NCBI GenBank assembly: GCA_024102635.1
Contig: JAGFJO010000078.1
Location: 848-64,847, forward strand
Reading direction: 5' to 3'
DNA from: Deltaproteobacteria bacterium
Lineage (GTDB): Bacteria; Bdellovibrionota_C; UBA2361; JAGFJO01
Length of the DNA stretch: 64,000 bases
Shown: piece after piece, positions 7,310 through 17,116 of the stretch
How positions within the stretch are numbered: the stretch's first letter is position 1
How the letters are laid out: every line of letters begins with the position of its first letter
Position numbers and translations under genes: made by a program
The notes under the pieces: generated by a model
The model's input: the letters and a program-made list of their open reading frames with translations, nothing else
What the model was told of the DNA's origin: nothing
Database searches by the model: none

Positions 7310-9232
7310 CTAAGCTACTAGTGCTTGTCTTACGGTTAGATGCGAGTTGATGCTTGCCATCTCTTCGATCCACTTTTGAACCTCTTTATACTCGTATGGT
7401 TTTTGCAGTAGTTTTACCCATTCCGGCAATCTTTCGACGGTGAGATCGGATAGTTCTTGCCCAGAGAGCAGCAATACCGGAATTTCTCTCCTTGCGATCT
7501 TTAAAGCCTCAACGATTTTTAGGCCCCCTCCCCCCGGCATGTTAATGTCGCTGAGCACAAAGTCGATACTCTCAGCTCTAAGACAGCTGAGCGCTTGAGA
7601 AGTCGAGTAGCATCTCTGTAGCTGATAGCCGTCACGGGCAAGATTCTTTGCCAGGCTTTCCACCGAATCCGGATCGTCATCGACGATAAGTATAGTTGAA
7701 CTTGTCCGACTTCTCTGTGGAGCTGTCTCCTTAGGCATGCTTGAAGTGATTATATTGGCAGCGCTCACCGCGAGCGGCAATACGGCTGTAAAGCGCGACC
7801 CCCTCCCCAGCTGCGAATCCACTCTTATTGTCCCTCCGTTAAGCTCAAGAAGCACCTTGCTTAGGCTTAGTCCTATCCCCACCCCCTCGCATAGGCCCTT
7901 ATGAAATCTGGTAAAAGGTGTAAACAAAATGTCGAGCTGCTCCTTCGATAAACCCAGCCCGCTATCTGTAATGCGCAGATGAGCGCTTCTGCCATCTGTA
8001 TCCACCGATATCTTCACCCAGCCCTTCTGGGTATACTTGATGGCGTTACTTACAAGATTGTTCAAGACGCGCTTTAAATGCCTTCGATCCGCGAGCACAT
8101 AGGTCTCACCTTCTTTGGATAGTTCCCTAGTCAGCGAGAGTCCTTTAAGGCCTGCCGAGACCGAATGCATTTCGACAACTTCGTCAATGCACTGGTCGAG
8201 CGAAACTTTCTCAACCCGAGCCTCCAACCTTCCCGCCTGATGACGCGAGAAATCAAGCAGATCCTCGACGATCTCTGTTACCTGTGCGCAGTTGCCCAAG
8301 GCCGCCTTGAGCAGATGCTGCTTACCATCCTCTGCCGTCTCACTCAGGAAAAGATGAATAATCGCGCTTATGTTGTTGAGCGGCGAGCGAATATCATGTG
8401 AAACATGTGCCAGGAAATCATTGCGCTCTTTATCCCGCCGCGAGGCTTCATTAACCCGCCCCGACAACTCAAAGATGCGAAGTGTGTCTCTTAGATCTTT
8501 TTCGACTCTAACGGAGAGCTGCCTTAGCGCAGTTATCTCAGCATGCGAGGGGGCTGCGCTCGAGTAAGCAAGCGCAATAAATCCGTCTCCTTCTTCCGCC
8601 GCTAATTTGAATGGTTGAGTCACTATATATCTAAGCCCAAACAACGCTATGTCACCTAACCTTGCGCGATCATGCTCGCAATCATAAAGGCCTGCAGGCT
8701 GCTGCATGAGGGAGGTCGCCGTAAGGCGCAAGATTTCACGTATCCTAACTGAGTCCGGAATACGTCCGCTCAAAATCTTGTAGTATGCCTGAAAGCCGCC
8801 AATGCCGCCCGCGGCGGCATTAACCATTATGATAGCGGCATCTGCCCGGGAACGGTGGGAGATGAGAGTGAGCACTTCATTAAAGAAGGCATCGCGATTC
8901 ATATTTCCCGATTTAATCTCGCTCCCGATAAGCGAGTATGGATCCCGTTCGGAATGCGTGGAGCAAAGCTGAGCCTCGTGAACCTGCCAATCCATTGCTT
9001 GGAGCTTAAGCAGTAACGAGTCGAGCGCGCTCTGCAAGGCTCGCCCTAAGGTAGTGAAGCGCTGCTTTGCATATCTTCTCATCTGATGACGGCCGGATGC
9101 TGCACTGCGCATATTTTTTAGTATCCCCGCCAAGTCAAACATCGTGAGCAAGCCCAAGGCCGCAATTGCGGCTGCCAAAAACGCCGCCGAGGCCTTCTCT
9201 AAGAGAGCAAAATCCACAAAGTTAATATTCAT
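7310..9232 (-). CDS. Hybrid sensor histidine kinase: N-terminal TM, sensor/GAF-like region, HisKA, HATPase_c and C-terminal receiver domain
   Basis: H-box HDIRSPLNNISAI, N/G boxes NLVSNAIKYT and DSGLGLS, and the receiver segment ILIVDDDPDSVE...VLSDINMPGGGG. It is the last gene of the Tad operon strand. Confidence 0.8.
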   Translation of the reverse strand: MNINFVDFALLEKASAAFLAAAIAALGLLTMFDLAGILKNMRSAASGRHQMRRYAKQRFTTLGRALQSALDSLLLKLQAMDWQVHEAQLCSTHSERDPYSLIGSEIKSGNMNRDAFFNEVLTLISHRSRADAAIIMVNAAAGGIGGFQAYYKILSGRIPDSVRIREILRLTATSLMQQPAGLYDCEHDRARLGDIALFGLRYIVTQPFKLAAEEGDGFIALAYSSAAPSHAEITALRQLSVRVEKDLRDTLRIFELSGRVNEASRRDKERNDFLAHVSHDIRSPLNNISAIIHLFLSETAEDGKQHLLKAALGNCAQVTEIVEDLLDFSRHQAGRLEARVEKVSLDQCIDEVVEMHSVSAGLKGLSLTRELSKEGETYVLADRRHLKRVLNNLVSNAIKYTQKGWVKISVDTDGRSAHLRITDSGLGLSKEQLDILFTPFTRFHKGLCEGVGIGLSLSKVLLELNGGTIRVDSQLGRGSRFTAVLPLAVSAANIITSSMPKETAPQRSRTSSTILIVDDDPDSVESLAKNLARDGYQLQRCYSTSQALSCLRAESIDFVLSDINMPGGGGLKIVEALKIARREIPVLLLSGQELSDLTVERLPEWVKLLQKPYEYKEVQKWIEEMASINSHLTVRQALVA

Positions 9233-10617
9233 GCCGCCCGCCGACGTGATGAGTAGGAGGCTAAACGCTTTACTCTCAGCGCCAGGAGCCGCGGATCTTC
9301 GCTTTTCAAGATATATCCGTCCGCGCCGAGCTCCATGAGGCCGAGCTCTGCCTCTTTTGAGTCATCGGAGGTTAAAATTATTAGAGGGACATCTTGCAAG
9401 GAGTGGTCGGCTCGCAAGTTACGCAGAAATTCACTACCGTTCATCTCAGGCATGTGAAGGTCACACAGAATAAGATCAGGTACCTTGCCCTCGCTCAACA
9501 GCTGCAGCGCCTTCGCTCCGCTCTCGGCATGCAATGTGGTCATTTCCTGCTTTGAAAAGAACCGTTCAAGAACCTGGGCAAAAGTGTAGTTATCCTCAAC
9601 AAGGAGTAGATTCGGCGCTGACTCGCTCTTGCTTTCAGGGGCGGAGCTTATAACATCCGCCGGTGTAGCGCCCCCCTTCTCCACCCCCCGATTTTCCATG
9701 CAGACTAATAAAGGCTCCTCATTCAAGCCGCTCTCTTCCCCCCAAGTAAGGCCATACAAAGTGCGCCCCTGATCGGTTCGCTTCGTTGTTACTTCCACCC
9801 TTCTGGTAGATCCTCCCTGAAGTTCCAGCACGTCAATCTCAGCCAAAAAGTAGCGGTCCAATAATTTCACAAGAGAGTTTTTGATCTGTTCATTGATCGC
9901 CCCCTCGGCTATCTCTCCATCCGACGCCGTAAAGGAGTAGGTTGCAGACTCGCCCGAGAAAAATATTTGAGCGCTGTGCCGGCCGAAGCGCTCGCATACC
10001 GTTACAATTGCTTTCAAAGCTTCAGCGGCGCTTCTCTCCAAAGAGCTTTCAACTCCTGGCACTAATTTCGGGCGCCGCGCGCTGCTTTCATACCGATCGA
10101 GGGCCTGCGCAATGGAAGACCAGGGTGATAGAAAAACAGGCTTCTCTCCGGTGAAGCGGAAGATCTCCTCCTTCTTCGAAGGTTCGATCAGCGCCACAGC
10201 AGTAATTGACTGCTCATTGCAGATCGGAGCGAACCCGAGCTCACGGCATTTAGAAAGAGTGAGCCCTTCGGGAAAAACCGATATATGGCCGGCATTTATC
10301 CTGGCCAAAAAGGGGAGTTTAATGCGCGCGGCCAAAGCGGAACAAAGCTCAGGCTCGCTTACGCCGAGGAACTCCGCCGCTGTCTTGGTGAGTAGACGCC
10401 AGTCTGTACACCTCGTTTTGATAAGAGCATATACTCCGGACGGAAGCATGCCTCTCAGCGTGCTATCGGCACTCTTTTTGCCGAAAGACCACTTGCGGGT
10501 TGCATTCTTAAGAGCTGAAATTACCCTCATTCCCCTACTTCTCCTCTTAAACTCACTACTTTGTTTGAATAAACGACTGGTTCGGTGCCCAATGCAGATA
10601 GCAGCGCCCCTGCCCAC
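9229..10617 (-). CDS. Response-regulator receiver protein with two N-terminal GspE-N/T2SSE_N-like domains. The true start is probably an internal Met near 10530.
   Basis: The C-terminal REC domain contains LLVEDNYTFAQV...LILCDLHMPEMNG...GADGYILK. The N-terminal segments, including FLARINAGHISVFPEGLTLSKCRELGFAPICNEQSITAVALIEP, resemble the T2SSE N-terminal domain. Its stop overlaps the kinase start. Confidence 0.6.
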   Translation of the reverse strand: MGRGAAICIGHRTSRLFKQSSEFKRRSRGMRVISALKNATRKWSFGKKSADSTLRGMLPSGVYALIKTRCTDWRLLTKTAAEFLGVSEPELCSALAARIKLPFLARINAGHISVFPEGLTLSKCRELGFAPICNEQSITAVALIEPSKKEEIFRFTGEKPVFLSPWSSIAQALDRYESSARRPKLVPGVESSLERSAAEALKAIVTVCERFGRHSAQIFFSGESATYSFTASDGEIAEGAINEQIKNSLVKLLDRYFLAEIDVLELQGGSTRRVEVTTKRTDQGRTLYGLTWGEESGLNEEPLLVCMENRGVEKGGATPADVISSAPESKSESAPNLLLVEDNYTFAQVLERFFSKQEMTTLHAESGAKALQLLSEGKVPDLILCDLHMPEMNGSEFLRNLRADHSLQDVPLIILTSDDSKEAELGLMELGADGYILKSEDPRLLALRVKRLASYSSRRRAA

Positions 10618-11252
10618 GTGTCTTCGAGAGAGATGCTTGCGGCTGCTGCAACAAGAACTGCAGTAGGTAGAAAATTGTGCGCGGATTCAGCAGTTAAAGC
10701 TGCTGTCGGAACGGCATAAGTACTTACCGTCGGAAATGCGGCATCGAATCGCAGGACAGATTTAGTTCTCTTTTCGAACTCACTATTAAGCAGATCTTGA
10801 AGATCGAGCTCGTACAGCAGGGCAGTATCGCCTCGGAAGGCACGATAACTCACTGGAAGTTGCCTTAGCCCCTTCGAAACCCCTGTAGCCGGGTCAATTT
10901 CAATCTCCGCATAAGCGCTCTCTACGAAGTAGCGAGACTTTCCTTCAATCCCTTGGGAAGCGAGGTTCAGTTTCAAATCTTGCTCAATTTCTGAAGCAAA
11001 TTTATCGATAATAGCGGCAAGCTGGCCGGTTTTGAATGACATCAAGTTTGCATCTATACCTGACTCGAGCCGATAGGGTTTAAGACCTGTTCCGCGAATA
11101 TGGCGCTCAACAATCGCTTCTAAAGAACGCGCGGTCCATGCATACTGTACAAACGAAAAAACAACCCCTATCACTGCCATAACCAAGCTCATAAGCAGCG
11201 AACTCTCGAGCAATGACCATCCTTTCTCAGCTTTTTGATCCTTCGTAATCAT
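10527..11252 (-). CDS. TadE/TadF-like pseudopilin (Flp-type prepilin leader MITKDQKAEKG | WSLLESSLL with Glu at +5)
   Basis: It has an N-terminal prepilin-like motif and hydrophobic helix. An alternative longer start at 11282 overlaps the upstream gene. Confidence 0.5.
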   Translation of the reverse strand: MITKDQKAEKGWSLLESSLLMSLVMAVIGVVFSFVQYAWTARSLEAIVERHIRGTGLKPYRLESGIDANLMSFKTGQLAAIIDKFASEIEQDLKLNLASQGIEGKSRYFVESAYAEIEIDPATGVSKGLRQLPVSYRAFRGDTALLYELDLQDLLNSEFEKRTKSVLRFDAAFPTVSTYAVPTAALTAESAHNFLPTAVLVAAAASISLEDTWAGALLSALGTEPVVYSNKVVSLRGEVGE

Positions 11253-11253
11253 A

Positions 11254-12711
11254 CTACTCGGCAATAAAGACAGACTTTTCATCCAACACCATCACCTTGG
11301 CGATTGCATCTTGAAGCTCATTCGGATCTGCCGCCACTAGCGTACGAATACGTAGTGAGCTGCTATCATCCCCATATTCAAGCTGGGCGAATAAGGCAGC
11401 GAGTTGTTCCAGCTCCTGATGCTGATATGGCTGCCAAGCCTCATACTGCATAAGCACAAGATAAAGGCGCATGTTAACCTTTGCCTCAGCCGCCGCTTCA
11501 GAAGCCTTGAGAAGTGCGCGAGAAATGGCCTCCGCTGCGGCCGGTTCAGGGAAGCGCGCCGTTCCTTCGTGCGGCATACCGGAAAGAAAAATTACTCCCA
11601 ACTTGGATGCGCGGTGCGCCAGTCCGCCTCTCTTAGGCTGCGGAGCGGCAGATAAAAGCCGTCCGGTTATCTCAGATAAAATGCTCTCAATGCTATAGGT
11701 GGCCCGCTGGGATGCCGCTCGAGACCATATAACCTCCTTTGCTCTTGCCCATGCAGCGTAGTCCTGATTGAAACTAAGGGCTGACCCGACATTCACCGGG
11801 TCCACGACAGGCGGTACGGGGAATTTATAGCTGTCGTGCGAGTGTTCCTGCTGAGCTACTGCTGCGCACATCAGAGTGCTTGAAGTCTGCGTACCGGAGA
11901 GAGCATCGAAATCCGCCTCTCCCTTAAGTTGCTCCTCAGTCTTTCGCCTACCTCCCGGCAGCACTTCTCGGGCGACATCCAGCGTGAAGAACTCTCCGGG
12001 GAAGAAGCCAAGCCCTATGCCGTTTAAGCTGAACCGAGAAAAATAATCGAACACCTCAGCCGCAGCGGCTTTTTCAGCTGAAAAGATCGGATTAAAACAT
12101 TGCTGCGTCAGGAGTCGTTCGTTGACTCTAACTGTTCTGCCGGCATCGTAGGGATCGGGGATGTATATCGGCATCTCGTGAGCAAAGAATGTCGCTGCCG
12201 GCCATTGTACCTCTGTGCCCCAAGCGGTTCCGGTGATTGCATCAGGAGCGAGCCTCGAGGAGACATCCACCGCCACGAACACGTCCTGCGGCTGGCCGCG
12301 CACCGATGCGCGAGCTTGGACCGGAAGACCGCCGTCGAAACCGAACCATCGCGCAAAATGCATCGGCGCCCTTCCATTCATCAGAATTGATAACTGGTCC
12401 GAGGAATTTAGCGTTTGAACCGAATCTATCGGTATCGAGCGTTGCTTGGCAGTATGCAGAGCATAGCTCTCACCAGCCGAACGCGCCCGATCAACATCGG
12501 GCATAAACCTGAATGCATACATGGCAGCCTCGTCGGCTAGAGTCTGTGACTTTTGCCCGATAGTAAAAAAAAGAGATAGATCCAGCGCCAAGGTAAGAAT
12601 CAGAAAAAGCATCGGCAATACTATGACGGCGAAAAACATAGTACTGGCCCCTGCCATTCCGAACGCTCTAGCCTGAGTAGAAGAGATAGCGCGGCGCCGC
12701 GAATTGACCAT
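11254..12711 (-). CDS. TadG-like pilus assembly protein (TadE/G N-terminal hydrophobic domain plus large extracytoplasmic, possibly vWA-like, domain)
   Basis: N-terminus FGMAGASTMFFAVIVLPMLFLILTLALDLSLF matches the TadE/G-like pattern. Size 485 aa. It sits between tadC and the tadE-like gene. Confidence 0.5.
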   Translation of the reverse strand: MVNSRRRAISSTQARAFGMAGASTMFFAVIVLPMLFLILTLALDLSLFFTIGQKSQTLADEAAMYAFRFMPDVDRARSAGESYALHTAKQRSIPIDSVQTLNSSDQLSILMNGRAPMHFARWFGFDGGLPVQARASVRGQPQDVFVAVDVSSRLAPDAITGTAWGTEVQWPAATFFAHEMPIYIPDPYDAGRTVRVNERLLTQQCFNPIFSAEKAAAAEVFDYFSRFSLNGIGLGFFPGEFFTLDVAREVLPGGRRKTEEQLKGEADFDALSGTQTSSTLMCAAVAQQEHSHDSYKFPVPPVVDPVNVGSALSFNQDYAAWARAKEVIWSRAASQRATYSIESILSEITGRLLSAAPQPKRGGLAHRASKLGVIFLSGMPHEGTARFPEPAAAEAISRALLKASEAAAEAKVNMRLYLVLMQYEAWQPYQHQELEQLAALFAQLEYGDDSSSLRIRTLVAADPNELQDAIAKVMVLDEKSVFIAE

Positions 12712-12712
12712 A

Positions 12713-13579
12713 CTACCCTCCGACTCCCGCCTCAGAAGTTAGCCCTAAGATCTGAATTATAGGCGAAGTGATAAAGCAGACGATAAGCCCTGTGAAAGTA
12801 CAGAGAAGCGGAAGTGTGGCCTTTACCGGCAGCTTGGCGATCTCCTCCTCAATGGACTCTTGGTAATAAATCTGTGTTGAATCGCTAAGTTCGCGAAGCG
12901 GTGCGACCAGCTCTCCTCCTTCCTTTTGGGCGACCGCCAAATGTGCAAACGCGTGGCGCAGCGCACTGCAATCGGTCTTTGCAGACACAAAGTTTAAGCT
13001 CTCGGAGAATGTCATTCCCCGTTCTGTCATCTCAAGTGCCTGGAGCAGGAGCTCGCTCACCGGATCCTCAGACCTAACGGCCCGCGGTAAAGCAGAGTTA
13101 TCAACCGCCTGCGAAGCGTCCTTTCGGCTTACAGCCGCAATAGCTGGCAATATATCCATTCCAGCCTCAGCGGCCATTACCAGCCGCTCCATTACTATCG
13201 GGAGATAGAATTCGATTGACCGCCGGTAGCGCAGCAGGGCTCTCCGCCTTAAACCGTTAAAAATGGCACGTGAAAGTATGAAAGCGCTCGATCCGGCTGC
13301 AATTAGCATGACGGGCGTAGCCTGCCATAGAGCTGCAGCCGTCCCGCTGACAAAACATGCCGCAAACAGGGGAATCCCACTATGCAGCTGATTTTTCGCC
13401 TGTGCTTTGGTGCGGCCCGCAACCCTTATCGGACCACCAGGCTGTTGACCCTCCGCCTCCCCGTCATCCGTTAAGTCATAAAGAACATCTTTGGCTGTGC
13501 GGCGCCCGCTTCTCAGTAGAACAGCGATGCCGGCCGCAAAGAATATCAAGGGAAGTAGTGCTTCTACTACAGTATCCAT
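12713..13579 (-). CDS. tadC: Tad pilus inner-membrane platform protein (T2SSF domain), TadC-like
   Basis: Polytopic membrane protein with GspF/T2SSF-like cytoplasmic segments, positioned after tadB. Confidence 0.65.
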   Translation of the reverse strand: MDTVVEALLPLIFFAAGIAVLLRSGRRTAKDVLYDLTDDGEAEGQQPGGPIRVAGRTKAQAKNQLHSGIPLFAACFVSGTAAALWQATPVMLIAAGSSAFILSRAIFNGLRRRALLRYRRSIEFYLPIVMERLVMAAEAGMDILPAIAAVSRKDASQAVDNSALPRAVRSEDPVSELLLQALEMTERGMTFSESLNFVSAKTDCSALRHAFAHLAVAQKEGGELVAPLRELSDSTQIYYQESIEEEIAKLPVKATLPLLCTFTGLIVCFITSPIIQILGLTSEAGVGG

Positions 13580-13588
13580 TTATCCCAT

Positions 13589-14458
13589 CTAAATTCTCGA
13601 CCTTGCCATAAACATCATCCAGCCGATCCCGAACAGAATCAGGAATATGCCCATCATCATCAGCTTGAACCCGACCGGATGCTGTAGCGCTAAGTTAATT
13701 GCTTTAGGGCTAGATAAATACTGGATTACCCCTATCGCGCAGGCGCTTACGGCAATACCGATAGCTGAAAGCTTCTGCATCGCAACGGCGGCACGAATCT
13801 TCCTCCTAAACGATTGCCGCGCCCGCGTCACCTTTGTAAGACGATGCAAGCAATGCCCCAAAGATGAGCCGTGCTTTCTGGAGATAAGAAGCGCGCTCCG
13901 AAAGAGGTCAATGTCGGGATGCCGAACCTCGCAAGCAAAACGTCCAATGGCGTCCTCTTCTGGCCTCCCTTCCTCCAGATCATTCTTGAACGTGGTGATT
14001 GCTTTGCTTACCTCTGAAAGCGGAAGGAATAGTTTGCCTGCCTCACTAAGCGCAACGGAGGGATCGATTCCACTACGCACCGATGATGCCAGTGATATTA
14101 GCAGCGCCGGATAATCGCGCTCGAACTCCTCCGCCCGTTTGTACTGGCGAGCTTTTAGATAAAGAGCGATGAGTATCCATGGCAGCGGAACCAATAGCAG
14201 AGTGAAAAAAGAGATAAAAGCTCCAATTAAAGCGGCAGCTGTTGCTATTGCTGCTATTGTCAGCAGCCTGATAGCGGCTTCAGGCGCAAGCCCAGCGGTG
14301 GCTACGTTAGAGAAGTAAAGCGAGCAAAGCCCTCCTTCGGCAGGCCCAGAGGCAGCTTTGGAGGCCCCGCTTCGTTCGCGCGATCGGCCTGAGATCGCTT
14401 CACCGCCTCCTATTTGCCGTGCTCTAAAAACTTCCGCGCTAGCTCTACTGCCGATCAT
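13589..14458 (-). CDS. tadB: Tad pilus platform protein (T2SSF domain), TadB-like. The start is placed at the internal Met because the ORF-track start at 14527 overlaps cpaF.
   Basis: The T2SSF-like region includes RSALLISRKHGSSLGHCLHRL. TM segments flank it. Confidence 0.65.
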   Translation of the reverse strand: MIGSRASAEVFRARQIGGGEAISGRSRERSGASKAASGPAEGGLCSLYFSNVATAGLAPEAAIRLLTIAAIATAAALIGAFISFFTLLLVPLPWILIALYLKARQYKRAEEFERDYPALLISLASSVRSGIDPSVALSEAGKLFLPLSEVSKAITTFKNDLEEGRPEEDAIGRFACEVRHPDIDLFRSALLISRKHGSSLGHCLHRLTKVTRARQSFRRKIRAAVAMQKLSAIGIAVSACAIGVIQYLSSPKAINLALQHPVGFKLMMMGIFLILFGIGWMMFMARSRI

Positions 14459-14468
14459 CGGTTCGCCT

Positions 14469-15851
14469 CTACTGGTGCAAATGGCGGCTAATGGCCTCTT
14501 TAAATTGTCCGGTGATTGAAAGCTCAATGGGTGAATTCATCTCAGAAAGATTGACTCCGGCAGCTTCCAATACTTCTCTATGCGCGCTTACGCGGCTGAG
14601 CACCCGCCAGCCAGGGGTGATGCCGTGATGATACTGGAACAGATCCCTACTGCGAAGAACTCCGTCTGCCACCGGTCCGATCTCTCGCACCTGCATAATT
14701 CGTCGTCTTCCTGAAATTCTGCATATGTCCACAAACACAATCACCTGCACTGCGGTCGCAATCTGATCGATTATGACCGTGCGTGACACGCCCTTTTGCG
14801 CGCGGCCAAGAAACAGTTCAAGCCGAGTGATAGCTTCGGCGGCACTTTTAGCGTGAATCGTTGAAAGCCCCGGATGGCCGGATGCGCAAACATCTATGAA
14901 GGCCTCCGCTGCTTCGGCATCTCGCATCTCACCGAAAATTATGCGGTTCATCGCCATTCTCATGCCGGCGCGTATACATTCGGCGGGAGTAATTCGCCCA
15001 GCTCCATCACTGTTGGACTCGCGCGTAGTAATGTAGCGCGCCTGCGGGTGTTCCAACTTGATCTCGGGTGTATCCTCGATTACAAGGATTGATTCATCGC
15101 TGCCTATTCCCGACGCTAGCGCGCGCACCAATGTTGTTTTACCCGTGCCGACCTCGCCGACAACAAGAACGGTTTGACCGCCTTCTATGATAGCTTGCAG
15201 ATAGGAGAAAACCTCTGCCGGAGCGGCGCCACTCTCGATTAAATTATCTACGCTGACCGATCGGAAGCGATTCAAGCGGATCGTTAAATACGGCCCCCCT
15301 TCACACATGCAAGAGTGCACGGCGTGAACTCTGGCGAGAGAGCCTATCATTCCGTCAGCAATCGGCTTTTTGGTTGAGTACGTGGCCCCGGCCCGCATTA
15401 GAAGCCGCTCGACGAAGTTCTCGTACGAAGACTGATCGGGGAAAGAGTAGTCGGTAGTGATATTGCGTCTGCCCTGCTGCACCGCAATTTTTGAGTAATC
15501 GGAAACGATGATGTCCGATACCTCGGGATCGTCGACCAAAGGCTGAAGAACACCAAACGGCTTCTGCTCGCGCTCGATCTGCGCCATCACTTCATCGATC
15601 TCGTACGAGGTGAGCTCGAATCCGAGACGCTGCGCGACCTCTCTTATTAACGTTGCAATTTGGTCCGATGAGACAATCTGCCCTTCGGCTTCGCCCGTTT
15701 GGAGCGAGTCCCGCTCCCTGCGCACATGCTGTAGTATGTGAGATAGAGCTGGTGACAATCCTACTCTTGAAGCGGCAGTCTTGACTGTTAACGCCGGAAG
15801 AGGAGCTGCCGACCTGGCATCATCGAGCATCGCAAGGTTAATCTTTTGCAT
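14469..15851 (-). CDS. cpaF: Tad secretion ATPase CpaF/TadA (VirB11-like traffic ATPase)
   Basis: Walker A motif VLVVGEVGTGKTT, plus FGEMRDAEAAEAF and ASGHPGLSTIHA motifs. The likely start is the Met at 15851; the longer ORF to 15923 overlaps cpaB. Confidence 0.85.
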   Translation of the reverse strand: MQKINLAMLDDARSAAPLPALTVKTAASRVGLSPALSHILQHVRRERDSLQTGEAEGQIVSSDQIATLIREVAQRLGFELTSYEIDEVMAQIEREQKPFGVLQPLVDDPEVSDIIVSDYSKIAVQQGRRNITTDYSFPDQSSYENFVERLLMRAGATYSTKKPIADGMIGSLARVHAVHSCMCEGGPYLTIRLNRFRSVSVDNLIESGAAPAEVFSYLQAIIEGGQTVLVVGEVGTGKTTLVRALASGIGSDESILVIEDTPEIKLEHPQARYITTRESNSDGAGRITPAECIRAGMRMAMNRIIFGEMRDAEAAEAFIDVCASGHPGLSTIHAKSAAEAITRLELFLGRAQKGVSRTVIIDQIATAVQVIVFVDICRISGRRRIMQVREIGPVADGVLRSRDLFQYHHGITPGWRVLSRVSAHREVLEAAGVNLSEMNSPIELSITGQFKEAISRHLHQ

Positions 15852-16767
15852 TGCTCTCCACCCTTCCCGCTTTGCGAGAGGTTTTTCCCGCCAGAAATCC
15901 GTCGGGAACAACCTCGGTTTCAATCCATTTGCCGTCAGTCAACGCGAAAGATCTGCCGCCCTTGGCGCCCCCGGCTTCAAAATAGCCGGTGATAACGCCG
16001 CTGCTATCCTTAACAAGAGATCCGCTCTTTAAGCTGTCTGCCGTGAAGGTGGTACTCGACCACCGCTCCCGGTCGTCATTACCGCGCAGTGCAAAGGCTA
16101 TCTTTCCCAGTGGTATGGCGGTATTAATCGCCAGGCACTGCTCCTGAGTGACCAGAACCGTAACGGTGCTCGGGACGTTTGGCGCAGCATTTCCCTCGAC
16201 CGGAGATACCGAACGTTCGGCGGAGAGAATTCTTACCATCTCCGCTACCACGGTAGTACGGTTCTTCTCGACTAGCAGTATATCAACGAAGGAACCGGAA
16301 CCGGCCCACCCCTCCACCGCAGAGGTCGCATCGACCTTCAAAGTCATCGCTCTCATTCCGGCTGGAATCCTCTCCAAAACCGGATTAATAGAGTGCTCTT
16401 GCGTGCTAAGATTTGCGGCAAATAGCGGCAAATTGGCCGGAAGCAGTGCGGTCGTAACCGAGTCCAGATGAGCGGTGACATCGGTAATGGCGCCCTTAGG
16501 TACTTGGTGTGACGGGAACGAGATGTTCTTGAACCGGATCTCGCTCACTCTTGTACCGGCTGGAACCGAATCCACCGGCACAGGCACCCTAACCGTATCG
16601 AATTGAGCGACGGTGACATTTGGTGTTGACGCAGCCGCTGTCTGCTCCGACCTCCCGCCGCGCACCAGTAGCGCTGCGCTCAAGACGGCTGCCGAAAGCA
16701 TCACTGTACCTGCAAGGTTTGCGTTAGCGCGCCTGCGTGAGGCGCGCACTGATGTTCTAGCTGGCAT
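15838..16767 (-). CDS. cpaB: Flp pilus assembly protein CpaB/RcpC (SAF domain)
   Basis: N-terminal TM segment, the VPAGTRVSEIRFKNISFP...PKGAIT pattern, and GMRAMTLKVDATSAVEGWAGSGSFVDILLV, which resembles the CpaB core. Confidence 0.7.
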   Translation of the reverse strand: MPARTSVRASRRRANANLAGTVMLSAAVLSAALLVRGGRSEQTAAASTPNVTVAQFDTVRVPVPVDSVPAGTRVSEIRFKNISFPSHQVPKGAITDVTAHLDSVTTALLPANLPLFAANLSTQEHSINPVLERIPAGMRAMTLKVDATSAVEGWAGSGSFVDILLVEKNRTTVVAEMVRILSAERSVSPVEGNAAPNVPSTVTVLVTQEQCLAINTAIPLGKIAFALRGNDDRERWSSTTFTADSLKSGSLVKDSSGVITGYFEAGGAKGGRSFALTDGKWIETEVVPDGFLAGKTSRKAGRVESNAKD

Positions 16768-16781
16768 ATCCGGGCGCCCGA

Positions 16782-16976
16782 TTATTCCGGTGATGCCTCG
16801 AAGGTGGCATTATCAAGCCAGGTTCCCACCCGCCTTAAGTAGTTGTCGAGCGATCCGCCCAAAGCGTTCATGCCCGCCCAAACTATTGAAAGAAGAAGGG
16901 CCGCGCCGGCGCAATACTCGAGTAGTGTGTACCCTTTCTGCTTCGAATAATTCTTTCTGACTCCTTTCCCACTCAT
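16782..16976 (-). CDS. flp: Flp/Fap family pilin (prepilin MSGKGVRKNYSKQKG | YTLLEYCAGAALLLSIVWAGM...)
   Basis: Flp motif G/YTLLEY with Glu at +5 and a hydrophobic stretch. The internal Met at 16976 is preceded by a strong SD (GGGAGGA, ~6 nt). The ORF-track start at 17084 would add a non-canonical 36-aa extension. Confidence 0.75.
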   Translation of the reverse strand: MSGKGVRKNYSKQKGYTLLEYCAGAALLLSIVWAGMNALGGSLDNYLRRVGTWLDNATFEASPE

Positions 16977-17116
16977 AACATCCTCCCATAGTCTGCTGTT
17001 TTTGTAGCGGCCGTCATCATGGCAACGAACATCACGTTCTAACGCTTCAGTAGCCAGCGCATTTAGCCATTCTGAACGACTCAAAAAGCTCTTAAAGCCT
17101 TTTCAGCCGTCCCGCC

